Assembly (NCBI GenBank): GCA_963699755.1
Contig: CAVOVB010000001.1
Location: forward strand, 832,001-896,000
DNA length: 64,000 nt
Source: an uncultured delta proteobacterium
GTDB lineage: Bacteria; Myxococcota_A; Polyangia; Polyangiales; Houyiibacteriaceae
Reading direction: 5' to 3'
Below the pieces are notes generated by a model. That model was given only the letters and a program-made list of their open reading frames with translations, ran no database searches and was not told where the DNA came from. Each line of letters starts with the position of its first letter. Position 1 is the first letter of the stretch. Shown piece by piece: positions 51,029-60,454 of this stretch. A program made the translations under genes and the position numbers.

Positions 51029-51939
51029 GCCGACCCCAAGCCTCCCATCATGAAGCGAACGACGACAGGGCCGAGCAGAAGGACGATGACGCACATGAAG
51101 ATCAAGGTCATTGGCCCGAGGAGCATGAGCGCTGCTTCAGATGCTGTTTCTTCGGCAGCGATGCTGCGCCGCAGACGCTGGGTCTGTGCCTGTATGGTCA
51201 AGACGCTGGCGAGCGGGCTTCCCTTTTCCTCGGCTTGAACGACGCTATTGACGAACTCGCGAACCTGGTCGGTCGGAACGCGCGCAGCGAACGCTTCCAT
51301 CGCGCTTCTTCGAGTATGGCCGAGGTCTAGCTCCCGCAGGACTCTGGCGAACTCTTCGATCACGGGGTCACTGGGATCCGACGCGCTATCAACGATGCGG
51401 CGCAGTGAACCCGGAAAGTCCAGACCCGCGCTCATGCACATGGACGCGAGCTCGACGGCCCCCGGAAGCCCCCTACCGACAGCCCGCGCTCGAGCTTTGG
51501 CGACGCCCACCACGTGAAACCAGGGCAGCGCGGCCCCGATACCTAGAGCTCCAAGCGCGAGCAGCCGAGGTATCTCCACGCGCTGGCATGAAACCAGAGC
51601 AACCGCTCCGAAGCCGAGCCCAGAGAGCACGCACAGGCCAATCAACTCGTCCTCGGAGAGGCCCAAGTAGTCGCCAGCATGTGTCAAAGAGCGTCGCATT
51701 CGCTTTCGAAGCCGCTCCGCGCAAAGGAGCGCGACCCATGCGGCGAGCAGGCGGACCATCGGCTCGAGAGCAGCGAAAAGGGGGCCGTTGCGTAGGGCCT
51801 TGCTGCGATTGAGACCTCTGGCACCCAGCGTCGGCCGCTCCGCAGCCGGCATCTTCGCAAGCTGCAGCGCCAGCCCAGAGGTTCCTCCGACGATCGCGAC
51901 GAAGAGTACCGCGAGCATGATGTCGAGCTGAACGATCAT
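51025..51939 (-). CDS. tadC: Type II secretion F-family platform protein TadC
   Basis: LPGAVELASMCMSAGLDF, VIEEFARVLRELDLG, QAEEKGSPLASVL, AAEETA; follows tadB. Confidence 0.9.
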   Translation of the reverse strand: MIVQLDIMLAVLFVAIVGGTSGLALQLAKMPAAERPTLGARGLNRSKALRNGPLFAALEPMVRLLAAWVALLCAERLRKRMRRSLTHAGDYLGLSEDELIGLCVLSGLGFGAVALVSCQRVEIPRLLALGALGIGAALPWFHVVGVAKARARAVGRGLPGAVELASMCMSAGLDFPGSLRRIVDSASDPSDPVIEEFARVLRELDLGHTRRSAMEAFAARVPTDQVREFVNSVVQAEEKGSPLASVLTIQAQTQRLRRSIAAEETASEAALMLLGPMTLIFMCVIVLLLGPVVVRFMMGGLGSA

Positions 51940-52796
51940 AGGTCGGCCTTTGCGATGTGATGAGCCCAGACCGTTGCAAACGTCCAGACTAGGGCGCAGG
52001 CGCCAAGAATGGACTGTCCGATCCGCTGGTTCAGCATAGGATCGAACCACGAGCGATCGAGCCAAGCGATCATGATGCAAAGAAGAAAGGGTACGGATGC
52101 CAAGACCAGAACCTGTCCTCTACCTTCGGCAGTCTTGGTTCTGAGCACGCCGTCTAGCCTCGTCGCTTCGCGCAGAGCGGCTGAGGCATGCTCCAAGGTC
52201 CGGGGCAGATCGCCGCCGGTTTGTCTGGCAACGACAATCGTCGCGAACGCCCCCGCGATCACCGTGCTGTTGATTCTGCTTGCCGCCGCTCGAATCGCTC
52301 GGTCCAAGGGTGCGCCGAGGCGAATCTCTTTGACCAGTAGGTCGACCTCTTCGCTGAATGGCTTCGGAACCAACTTGACCGTGGAGGCGATGGCCTCTCC
52401 GACCGACGAAGTTGCTTTGAGCGCATTGGCCAGCATCAGCAGCCAGGAGTCGAGCTGACGTTCGAGTTGAGCGACGCGCGCGACGTGTCGCTTCCATAAG
52501 ATGAATGGCGGTCCGCCGACCGTAGCGGCGGCGAGCAGAGCGACGACTGGCTGACGGCTCAGAGCAAGCAGGCCGGCAAAGGCCATGAATACGATGAGTT
52601 GAGCATGCGCGATCTGGGAACCTCGGTAGGGCATCAGCAGAAAGCTCGAGTGCCGCTCCAGTCGCGCGGTGTAACGTTGCCACTGACGTCGAAGGAGGTT
52701 TTCCTCCACCGATATGAGGAGATACCCGCTGGTCGCGCATCCGACCAGGAGGAGCGCTCCGGAGAGCAGAAGAAGCGGCAGGGCCTCGAACCTCAC
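51936..52796 (-). CDS. tadB: Type II secretion F-family platform protein TadB
   Basis: QLDSWLLMLANALKA, EIRLGAPL, RQTGGDL, TAEGRGQ. Confidence 0.9.
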   Translation of the reverse strand: MRFEALPLLLLSGALLLVGCATSGYLLISVEENLLRRQWQRYTARLERHSSFLLMPYRGSQIAHAQLIVFMAFAGLLALSRQPVVALLAAATVGGPPFILWKRHVARVAQLERQLDSWLLMLANALKATSSVGEAIASTVKLVPKPFSEEVDLLVKEIRLGAPLDRAIRAAASRINSTVIAGAFATIVVARQTGGDLPRTLEHASAALREATRLDGVLRTKTAEGRGQVLVLASVPFLLCIMIAWLDRSWFDPMLNQRIGQSILGACALVWTFATVWAHHIAKADL

Positions 52797-54370
52797 AAGA
52801 ACTCTCCACCGTGGATGAGCCCCTGCGTGATGAATTCGTCGAGAAAGCTCGGGACATAGCCGGTGGTCCGGTGCTCACCCAGAACTTCGCCCGAAGCGCC
52901 CGTGCCCGTTCGATGGAAGGCGAAGATGTCGTGGAGGACGAGATCGCCTTCCTCCCCGAGCTGTCCGACTTCGGTGACGGAAGTTATGCGACGGGAGCCG
53001 TCCGAGAATCGTGTTTGTTGAACGACGACGTGAAGGCTTCCGGCGACTTGCTCGCGGATGGTCGTCGGCGACAGATCCAGGCCTGCCATCATGCACAGTG
53101 TCTCGATGCGCTTGAGCGCTTCCCCGGCGCTGTTCGCATGAGTCGTCGTCATAGAACCCTCGTGACCGGTGTTCATTGCCTGCAACATGTCGATTGCTTC
53201 GCCGGCACGGCACTCTCCAACGATGATGCGGTCCGGTCGCATTCGAAGCGCGTTCTTCACGAGGTCCCGAATGCTATACTCGCCGCCCCCTTGGAGGTTC
53301 CGAGGCTTGGACTCGAGTGACACGACATGAGGTTGATCGAGGCGCAGCTCCGCAGCGTCTTCGATGGTGACGATTCGCTCTCCTGGCGGGATTTCGGTGG
53401 AGAGGACGTTCAGCAAGGTCGTCTTCCCGCTGCCGGTCCCGCCCGAGATTAGCAAGTTCTTCTTGGCGCGAACGCAACGCTTCAGGAACCTCGCCATGGC
53501 TACGCTCAGGCTACCAAGCGCAACGAGCTCGTCCATCTGCAGTGGGCGCTTTGCAAATTTCCGGATCGTGATGCAAGGCCCCCGGACCGCGAGCGGGGGG
53601 ATGATGGCATTTACCCGGGAGCCGTCATCGAGGCGTGCGTCGACCAAGGGCGTGCTCTCGTCGATTCGCCGGCCCAGGGGCGTCACGATTCGTTCGATCG
53701 CTGCACGACACGATTCATCGTCGGTGAAACGCAGCGACGTGAGGCGGATTTTGCCCCCTCGTTCGACGTAGATCGTGTTCGGATCGACGACCATGATTTC
53801 GGAGACCGAGTCGTCGTCCAGCAGCTCTTGAAGCGGCCCGAGCCCAAGCGCTTCGTCCGTCATCTCGGCGACGAGCTTTGCAGGGTCTGTGGCAGGCGAG
53901 AGCTCGGAAGCAAAGTCGGCCACGATCTGCTGCAGAGCTTCGACGACTCGGGGCCTCAGGACCTGGGCATCCATGTCGGCGGCCTCGAGAGAGGCTAAAT
54001 CGAGGTGGTCGAGGAGCGCTCGGTGAATGCGGCGCCTCAGCTCCGGGGACGCAGGAGCTTCGTTCCCAGCAAGAGCGGAGATCCGAAGGATGTATGGGCC
54101 AACGCGAAGCTCCCCTCCGGACGCTAGCGGTGTTTCCGATGTACAAAGTCGCTCGCCTTCGAGGATCGTACCGTTGGACGATTGATCGAGGACGCGGGTG
54201 CCTCCGGGCCCCTGCTCCACCCTTAGGTGGATTCGGCTCACTGCGGGGGACGGAAGGACCACGTGACAACCAGGGTCGCGGCCGACGAGGAGTGAGCTCG
54301 TGTCGGCAATGCTCAGCTCTTTCCGAGAGCCGTCGGGCATGAGAACAGACACCCCGAACCCGGAGCTCAT
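52793..54370 (-). CDS. cpaF: FHA-domain CpaF/TadA pilus ATPase
   Basis: N-terminal FHA (VGRDP, VSRIH, SSNGT), then GLGPLQELL, GGTGSGKT, IEDAAEL, RMRPDRIIVGE, NTGHEGSMTTTH. Confidence 0.95.
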   Translation of the reverse strand: MSSGFGVSVLMPDGSRKELSIADTSSLLVGRDPGCHVVLPSPAVSRIHLRVEQGPGGTRVLDQSSNGTILEGERLCTSETPLASGGELRVGPYILRISALAGNEAPASPELRRRIHRALLDHLDLASLEAADMDAQVLRPRVVEALQQIVADFASELSPATDPAKLVAEMTDEALGLGPLQELLDDDSVSEIMVVDPNTIYVERGGKIRLTSLRFTDDESCRAAIERIVTPLGRRIDESTPLVDARLDDGSRVNAIIPPLAVRGPCITIRKFAKRPLQMDELVALGSLSVAMARFLKRCVRAKKNLLISGGTGSGKTTLLNVLSTEIPPGERIVTIEDAAELRLDQPHVVSLESKPRNLQGGGEYSIRDLVKNALRMRPDRIIVGECRAGEAIDMLQAMNTGHEGSMTTTHANSAGEALKRIETLCMMAGLDLSPTTIREQVAGSLHVVVQQTRFSDGSRRITSVTEVGQLGEEGDLVLHDIFAFHRTGTGASGEVLGEHRTTGYVPSFLDEFITQGLIHGGEFL

Positions 54371-55518
54371 CGAACGCGCTCCTTCGCACCGGTCGTGACG
54401 ACGTCGCGACCAACGCGCGGTTGGTCCATCAGGTGCTGATCGTCGACGCCACCTTGGAAGCTCTCGTACACGCGTAGCGCTTCTTCGACGCGGTCCCTTT
54501 GACTCAAGCTCACCGGCTCGACGACCGAAGGCACGACCAACATATATGATTCGTTGTCCTCCGTCTCACGAGAATGCGTTCCGAAGAGCGCGCCAATGAA
54601 CGGAACGAGCGCAAGCCCAGGGATTCCGTCCTTCCTACGGCGTTCGGTGCGTGCTCGAATTCCGGCCAAAGAGACCGACTGACCGAGCTCCAGGTTGACC
54701 AAAGTCTCCACGTGCGAAGTGATTCGACCGGGGATTCCCCGCGCCCCCTTTTCGGCGTCGAGATCGGACACATCCGCAACGATCTCGAGCTCGATGCGGC
54801 CGGTCCTCGGATCGTACTTGGGAAGGACGCTCACCTTCGTGCCGAACTCGATCGCCTGCACGTTCACCGTCAGATTGTTCTGGACCTGAACGTTGAACTC
54901 GCCCCCAGAGGTGAAGACGGCTTCGGCACCGTTTGCGGTGACCAAAGTCGCCTGCCGATACATCTTGGCCCAGCCCTTGGCCTGGGCGAGGTCGAAGCTG
55001 GGCAAGAACGTCTGGGGAAGGATTTGAAATGCGCTCTGCGTGGCTTGCCCGCTCCCACCCGTGATGGCGATAGCCGCTTCGGACGGTCCGATCGTGCTTC
55101 CGATGTTCCCGGGCCAGTTGAGCCCGATCTGATGGCCGTACCGGTCCTGGATCAAGACGAAGTAGAGGTCCAAGCGGATGTTCTCTCTCCCTCCGAGCCC
55201 TTTGACGGCGTCCGCGGCAATCACGCGAATCGTGTATTGCATCTGACTCCCATCGTTCTTGATGAGAAGGAGGGATGTCGTCCCTTCTTCCTTTCCGACG
55301 ATCACGAAGCGACTCTGGTCGCGTGTCACGCGGATGTCTGCAAACCCGGGAGCGCCCTCCGAGTAGCTCTTGATTCCATGTGCTGACAAGCTCTTTTGCT
55401 CGCCAACTCGCAGGACAATCGAACTGGGGGCTTCCACATCGGCCGCAGCCCTCTCCGCGCGGGTCGCGCCGACGAGCATGAGTGCCACGAGCACCTGACC
55501 TTTCGACAGCTCTGGCAT
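54367..55518 (-). CDS. cpaC: CpaC/RcpA-type secretin
   Basis: N-terminal T2SS/T3SS pil_N-like region, GGEFNV, EFGTKVSVLP, GIPGLALVPFIGALFG; position between cpaB and cpaF. Confidence 0.85.
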   Translation of the reverse strand: MPELSKGQVLVALMLVGATRAERAAADVEAPSSIVLRVGEQKSLSAHGIKSYSEGAPGFADIRVTRDQSRFVIVGKEEGTTSLLLIKNDGSQMQYTIRVIAADAVKGLGGRENIRLDLYFVLIQDRYGHQIGLNWPGNIGSTIGPSEAAIAITGGSGQATQSAFQILPQTFLPSFDLAQAKGWAKMYRQATLVTANGAEAVFTSGGEFNVQVQNNLTVNVQAIEFGTKVSVLPKYDPRTGRIELEIVADVSDLDAEKGARGIPGRITSHVETLVNLELGQSVSLAGIRARTERRRKDGIPGLALVPFIGALFGTHSRETEDNESYMLVVPSVVEPVSLSQRDRVEEALRVYESFQGGVDDQHLMDQPRVGRDVVTTGAKERVR

Positions 55519-55519
55519 C

Positions 55520-56281
55520 CTAGTCGACCTTCTCGATCCGCAGTCGCCGTTGTCGGCGCGCCCGCTTTTCTTGCTCGAGCACGTCGGAGTCGTCGGTTTC
55601 CTCCAGCCCTTCGTGGATCTCTAGATCGTCCTCATTGCGCAAGATGAGACTCAAGGTACCGTCGCGCCCCGCCTGGGCGAGCAAGCCGGCTTGATCGATC
55701 GTGACGAGCAGTGTGACGGAATCGGATCGAAGTGCAGAGCTTTGCTGATCCGCGGCGCCGAAGCTGTCGCCTACGGCAAGAATGAGGACATTCTGCACTA
55801 ATGGAACCGTGACCACCCTAGCCTCTACGCCCGGCTTGGATTTGGTGAGCAAGACGTCCACCCGATCGCCAGGACGCATCAGCTCGCCGAATGAGCGTCT
55901 CCCGGGTCCCCTGACGCTCATTGCGCGCATCCCTTTTGGAATACGGCTCGACAGCGAGCTTCGATCGCGGGGCGTCGTGGCAAGGTCGGTCCACAAGAGG
56001 GTCTGATTCGCTTCGAGGGCAATCGATGAGCGGACGCCCAAGACTCTTGGAAGCTCGGTCGCCAGCACCTGCCGTTCTTCGACGTAACTCTCGGGCAACG
56101 TGCGTACCAGCAACATCTCCTCGGTGAGAGGCCGACCGGCCTCGACATCTTGCCTGGTCACGAGCAATGCAATCGGATCACCCCCAGTTGCCTCTCGCTG
56201 AAACTGACGCACGTAGACGGCGAGGACGACGAAGCCGAATACGGCAATGGTCAACGATGTGATGATGGCGCTTCTGTTCAT
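55520..56281 (-). CDS. cpaB: Flp pilus assembly protein CpaB/RcpC
   Basis: N-terminal TM, SAF-like region, IPKGMRAMSV, PGDRVDVLL, QNVLILAVG, VTLLVT, LSLILRN. Confidence 0.92.
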   Translation of the reverse strand: MNRSAIITSLTIAVFGFVVLAVYVRQFQREATGGDPIALLVTRQDVEAGRPLTEEMLLVRTLPESYVEERQVLATELPRVLGVRSSIALEANQTLLWTDLATTPRDRSSLSSRIPKGMRAMSVRGPGRRSFGELMRPGDRVDVLLTKSKPGVEARVVTVPLVQNVLILAVGDSFGAADQQSSALRSDSVTLLVTIDQAGLLAQAGRDGTLSLILRNEDDLEIHEGLEETDDSDVLEQEKRARRQRRLRIEKVD

Positions 56282-56297
56282 GGGTCTGTGCCTGCGG

Positions 56298-57179
56298 TCA
56301 CGACGGTTCAGAGGAGAGAATGGAGAGCAGGGTTTGTGAGGCTTCGCCGGGGTGGGAAAGAACTGTGACCATTCGATTTCCCTGCTCGGCGGAGACCATG
56401 TGAATCCCGTCGATCGAGATCGACTCGGAAGGACGCTGCTCGATGATCGTCCAGCCGTTCTTCGGGAGCTCGGTCCGATAGAACGACGCGAGCGCGGCTG
56501 CCGACTGGTCGGCCACGCGATACACGAAGACGCCGCTTGGTTGCCACGGTTCCCAGGCGGATAAGACACGCTGCGATCCGGGAGGACGCGGCACGCCCGC
56601 GAGGTCACTGCCCCCGCCGTCAGCACCGGCAACTGGTAGCATTTGCCGAAGGTTGAAGGCGGAGTCTGCCCAGACCGTCAGAACAAAGGTCTTGTCCTGC
56701 GCATCGTCCGACACGCGACGCGCGCGCACGTATCGAAGGGCGCCGAGCTGGGCCAAGTCGCCCGTCTCGGAGAACTGAAGTAGTCGATTGCTGAGTGAGC
56801 GAAGATCTCGACTTGCATCGCCCAGCTCGAGGCAAGCCACATAACCTGCTTCGTCGTTGTGCGCGGTCTGCATCGAAAGCCGCGCGATGAGCCCAGCATC
56901 TTCCCCGACGCAAAGGGATTCGTAGTGTGCGAGGACATCCTTCAGGGGCGCGTCGATCGTTTCGGTGCGAAAAGAAATGTAGACGCCGTTGAGTTGGAGA
57001 GACCGCGTGGCCTCCAGAGCTGCGCCGGGATACTTCATGACCTCGGTGCCGACGCCCCAAAGCAGTTCTGTCACGTCTGCGCGAACGGACCGGAGAACGA
57101 AGAGCGAAGCCAGGGCCGCGACGGCGGCGAGAAGCAGCCCCAGGCGAAGGAATGGCAGGAATCTATCGACAAACTTCAC
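56298..57179 (-). CDS. Tad-locus accessory protein with N-terminal TM
   Basis: GTG start overlapping the upstream TadE-like gene; LGLLLAAVAALASLFVL; FYRTELPKNGW motif. Confidence 0.75.
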   Translation of the reverse strand: MKFVDRFLPFLRLGLLLAAVAALASLFVLRSVRADVTELLWGVGTEVMKYPGAALEATRSLQLNGVYISFRTETIDAPLKDVLAHYESLCVGEDAGLIARLSMQTAHNDEAGYVACLELGDASRDLRSLSNRLLQFSETGDLAQLGALRYVRARRVSDDAQDKTFVLTVWADSAFNLRQMLPVAGADGGGSDLAGVPRPPGSQRVLSAWEPWQPSGVFVYRVADQSAAALASFYRTELPKNGWTIIEQRPSESISIDGIHMVSAEQGNRMVTVLSHPGEASQTLLSILSSEPS

Positions 57180-57696
57180 GTGCGTACTCCGTCGTTTGCA
57201 GTCCCGTGCGGCAGGCTTGCTCAAGAACGTTGCCCCCGCCCTCGGAGTCCCTCGAGCTGGTGTTGCAAAGCAAGGTCGTCACTCCGTGCTGGGACCCCAA
57301 CTGCGCGCCCAGCAGGCGAGGCATCCGCGCTTGAGCCATGCCGACTCCATGGGTCACCTTCCCAACGAGGAAGCGACCGACGTTCCCAAGGAAGGAGTCC
57401 AGGGAGAAGCGACTGTCCCGCACCCTGAGCAGGGCATCGAGACCGCCAGCGCGAATGTCGCCTTGGATACGCCCACAGTCTCCGCTGCGGCAGCTCTGCG
57501 CGGGACACTGGCCCGAGTCGGCTTGCAACCATGCGATTCGCCGAGCGCGAGCTTTGGCCTCTAGCTTCGCGCCGTACATTCCATGGAGAGCGACGACGGC
57601 CGCCAGCGCTGCAAAGAATACGGGAAGGCTGATCAGCGCTTCGACCATTGCCGTTCCTTCTTCGTGTCGGACTAGTCGTTTGAAGCGCTGATCCAT
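57163..57696 (-). CDS. TadE/TadF-like pseudopilin
   Basis: RHEEG|TAMVEALISLPVFF prepilin G|xxxxE motif; Cys-rich body. Confidence 0.8.
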   Translation of the reverse strand: MDQRFKRLVRHEEGTAMVEALISLPVFFAALAAVVALHGMYGAKLEAKARARRIAWLQADSGQCPAQSCRSGDCGRIQGDIRAGGLDALLRVRDSRFSLDSFLGNVGRFLVGKVTHGVGMAQARMPRLLGAQLGSQHGVTTLLCNTSSRDSEGGGNVLEQACRTGLQTTEYAREVCR

Positions 57697-57703
57697 GCTG
57701 TGC

Positions 57704-58912
57704 TCAGTGCGCGGAAATCGCGTTGATCGAGAAGTCTCGTGCGACATCACAGAGCCCTGCGAGCCCTGCAAGCGGGCCTCTCCCTCGCCCTGCCGAGCAT
57801 GCGCTGAGGATTCCGCTCGGAATCCAGTCGCGGGAAATACGGAACCTGCGAAGGCGTGCGCGCCAACGCTGCTTCCATAGCCATTCCGCCTTGTGCTCGG
57901 TACCATCGAAGTAGTACTCGGCCTGCGCGAAGGCGAGACGCCCAAGGAGGTGGGCTTTGTGCGCAGCACTACGCCCGTCCTCCTTGCCGCCCTGCGCGAT
58001 GCGAATCCCCCCCTCCCCGTGCTGCCAATGGTTCTCGTGCGGGTCCCGGCCGATACTGTACGCGCGGTATTGAAACTCCTCGTGCCCGAGCCAAACGACG
58101 GTGCCATCGCGGCGGCTTTGGAGGACGCGACGCGGGGGCTCGACGACGTCGTCGGCGCATGTCCTCCGTTTACCGAGCCGAAGGGCCTGGCCGACTGCGC
58201 CGCCGAGGAGCTCGAGAAGCCACTTGGGCACCTTGGAGCTCACATTGCTCAAGCGGTTGCTCAGGCCGTCGGCGACGCGGTCGCAGAGGGTTCCGATCTC
58301 GTCCTCCTCGACGGGCAGTCCCCGACCGCCTTTGGGGAGACGGGAGCCCAGAAGAGGGACGACGAAACCACCGGCGACGGGGGGATCATACGCGTCCTGA
58401 AACGCCATCGCATCGACTGCACGAGCCTCGGCAAGCAATGGGTACCCCCGCTGAACGGCGTGGTGCGCTGCGTCTAGGGCGTCGTGGGCGATTCGGACGA
58501 ACTGCTCGACGGCGTCGCCGAGCCTTTCGACCGTGCTCTCGACGGGGCTGAGGAGAGCAATGAGCGCCGCGGCCTTCGCGGCGAGGATGACGGTCCCGGC
58601 TAACCCGTAGAGAACTCCGATGATGATCTCCAGCAGCACTTCGACGCTCCGAATCACCAGAAGAATCCCTGTGGTAACCGCCATCACCACGTTGAGGAGC
58701 GCGTGCAGGTTCATCCCCTTGGCGCCCATGACCGAGGCGGCATGCGCTCCCGCATCGGCGCCGTCCTGCATGATGCGCCGATAGATCACCGCATCGCCGA
58801 CGCCCAGGAGGTAGTAGAGCGCTCCAATCAGGAGCAGGGCCATGAAGAGGGACATGAGCATCATGGCTCCGCGCGTCTCTTCGACTAGGCTTGTTCTCTT
58901 CGAGGCCATCAT
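57704..58912 (-). CDS. TadG-like (Tad domain) minor pilin
   Basis: ETRG|AMMLMSLF hydrophobic N-terminus and MQDGADAGAHAAS motif typical of TadG N-termini. Confidence 0.75.
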   Translation of the reverse strand: MMASKRTSLVEETRGAMMLMSLFMALLLIGALYYLLGVGDAVIYRRIMQDGADAGAHAASVMGAKGMNLHALLNVVMAVTTGILLVIRSVEVLLEIIIGVLYGLAGTVILAAKAAALIALLSPVESTVERLGDAVEQFVRIAHDALDAAHHAVQRGYPLLAEARAVDAMAFQDAYDPPVAGGFVVPLLGSRLPKGGRGLPVEEDEIGTLCDRVADGLSNRLSNVSSKVPKWLLELLGGAVGQALRLGKRRTCADDVVEPPRRVLQSRRDGTVVWLGHEEFQYRAYSIGRDPHENHWQHGEGGIRIAQGGKEDGRSAAHKAHLLGRLAFAQAEYYFDGTEHKAEWLWKQRWRARLRRFRISRDWIPSGILSACSAGRGRGPLAGLAGLCDVARDFSINAISAH

Positions 58913-59700
58913 GAGCCCCTCGGTCGGTACTCGTAAGACGCGTCATGGATCATCAACGTCGTTTGATGCTGGAGGCCTCGGAAGCGCCCGCCGACGAAGC
59001 CCTGCGCCGGAGGGAAGAACGCTTCGCCGAGGTCTTCCTTGCCGTGGATGTCCGCGAATGCCCGACATAGGATCCTTCGCGCGAGCGGCACCGTGCACTG
59101 ATAGGCGTACGTCACACGGACGGTGATCTCTGAACCCGTGGCAAGATCGTCCTCGAGGCCGGGAAAGGTCACTGCGAGAGCGAACGGTTGATAGTAGAGC
59201 GCGCTGAGGAGCTTGCGCTCGCTTCCAATCGCCTTGCCGATGCTCGGACTTGCGTCGCGACCCACATTGGTGGGGGCCAAGGGCATGAGCGGAATGTGTG
59301 CGGCGAGGCGAATCGTGTTGAGGCGTGACCTACCGAGGTTCAGGAGCTTGTCTTCTGAAAATGCCGTCAGGACCGCTTTGGGGTCCGGAGGCTCGCCCAT
59401 GGCCGACGCGACCTGGCCCAACGCCCGCTGTAGGTCGGACAGAGCGACCGGGTTGCGGTCGACGCTCATCTCGGGTTCGCCGCCGTACTCGTTTGGGTCG
59501 TCCGGCAAGACGACGACCGCGGACCGAGCGGCCGAGTCAGCGGAGTGCTTCACCATCAGATTTGCGTGTGCGATGAAGGCGAGCTGAAGCACGCATAAGA
59601 AGAACGTCCACATCGGAATGAACGCGATCAGAAGCTCGAGAAAGACCACGCCACGCTTGTCCGCGAGCAGTGAAAGAGGAGCCGAGATCAGAGTGGTCAC
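58909..59700 (-). CDS. tadE: TadE-family pseudopilin
   Basis: DKRG|VVFLELLIAFIP, HSADSAARSA, VRVTYAYQCTVP. Confidence 0.82.
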   Translation of the reverse strand: MTTLISAPLSLLADKRGVVFLELLIAFIPMWTFFLCVLQLAFIAHANLMVKHSADSAARSAVVVLPDDPNEYGGEPEMSVDRNPVALSDLQRALGQVASAMGEPPDPKAVLTAFSEDKLLNLGRSRLNTIRLAAHIPLMPLAPTNVGRDASPSIGKAIGSERKLLSALYYQPFALAVTFPGLEDDLATGSEITVRVTYAYQCTVPLARRILCRAFADIHGKEDLGEAFFPPAQGFVGGRFRGLQHQTTLMIHDASYEYRPRGS

Positions 59701-60242
59701 AGCGCAGCCCAGGCCAAAGAGAGATGCGGAATCGCAATGAAGCCTGTCGCGACGAAGACCGGCGCACCCATACGAATGGGCGCGGACAGCTCGGCGCATG
59801 GCTCCCGACGCCAGCCGGCTGGAAGGACAGGGCGAAGACCCACGACCAACGCATTCCCAAGCGTGGCAAACAAGGCGCCCTTCCAGGCGAGCGCCGAGCT
59901 AGCGACCACCATGGCCACCAGGAAAGCCGCAAGTTGAACCTCGACCCCGAGCAGCAAATCAAAGCCCAGGACGGCGCCGAGCGCCCCGAGAAGCTTCACG
60001 TCGCCACCCCCCATCGCGCCCCGGCGAAACAAGAGGTACGGCACCAGCCCGGCCAAAAACGCGGCGGCGAGGCTGTGTAGCGCATACTCGATGCCAAAGG
60101 CGAGCCCATAGGCTAGTGGCGCCAAGAGCAGAGCGGGGAGCGTCAGCCAGTTGGGAATCTCGCCTCGCTGCCAATCAGAGAGCGCCGCGATAGCGGCAAC
60201 AAAGAGGGCAAGGCCCGCGGCGATGGTAGCGGCTGTGTTCAT
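59697..60242 (-). CDS. cpaA: A24 prepilin peptidase (CpaA/TadV)
   Basis: SDWQRGEIPNWLT and MGGGDVKL catalytic Asp motifs; true start ATG 60242, the ORF-track N-terminal extension is spurious. Confidence 0.92.
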   Translation of the reverse strand: MNTAATIAAGLALFVAAIAALSDWQRGEIPNWLTLPALLLAPLAYGLAFGIEYALHSLAAAFLAGLVPYLLFRRGAMGGGDVKLLGALGAVLGFDLLLGVEVQLAAFLVAMVVASSALAWKGALFATLGNALVVGLRPVLPAGWRREPCAELSAPIRMGAPVFVATGFIAIPHLSLAWAAL

Positions 60243-60253
60243 GGGACTGCCGG

Positions 60254-60439
60254 CTACTGCACGACGTCGGCGATGTATCCATCGGCGGCTTCGACCTCGC
60301 CGATCAAAGTCTCTCCGAACTTCTGCCAGGCGGCAATGCCAACGACAGCGATCAAGCCGAGCACGATGATGTACTCGACCGTCGTCAAGCCCCGCTTGTC
60401 CGTTAGCAATGGTCCGCTTCTTTCTGCATTGTCGTTCAT
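60254..60439 (-). CDS. flp: Flp family type IVb major pilin
   Basis: DKRG|LTTVEYIIVLGLIAVVGI; strong SD GAGAGGAAGG. Confidence 0.93.
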   Translation of the reverse strand: MNDNAERSGPLLTDKRGLTTVEYIIVLGLIAVVGIAAWQKFGETLIGEVEAADGYIADVVQ

Positions 60440-60454
60440 GATGGCCTTCCTCTC

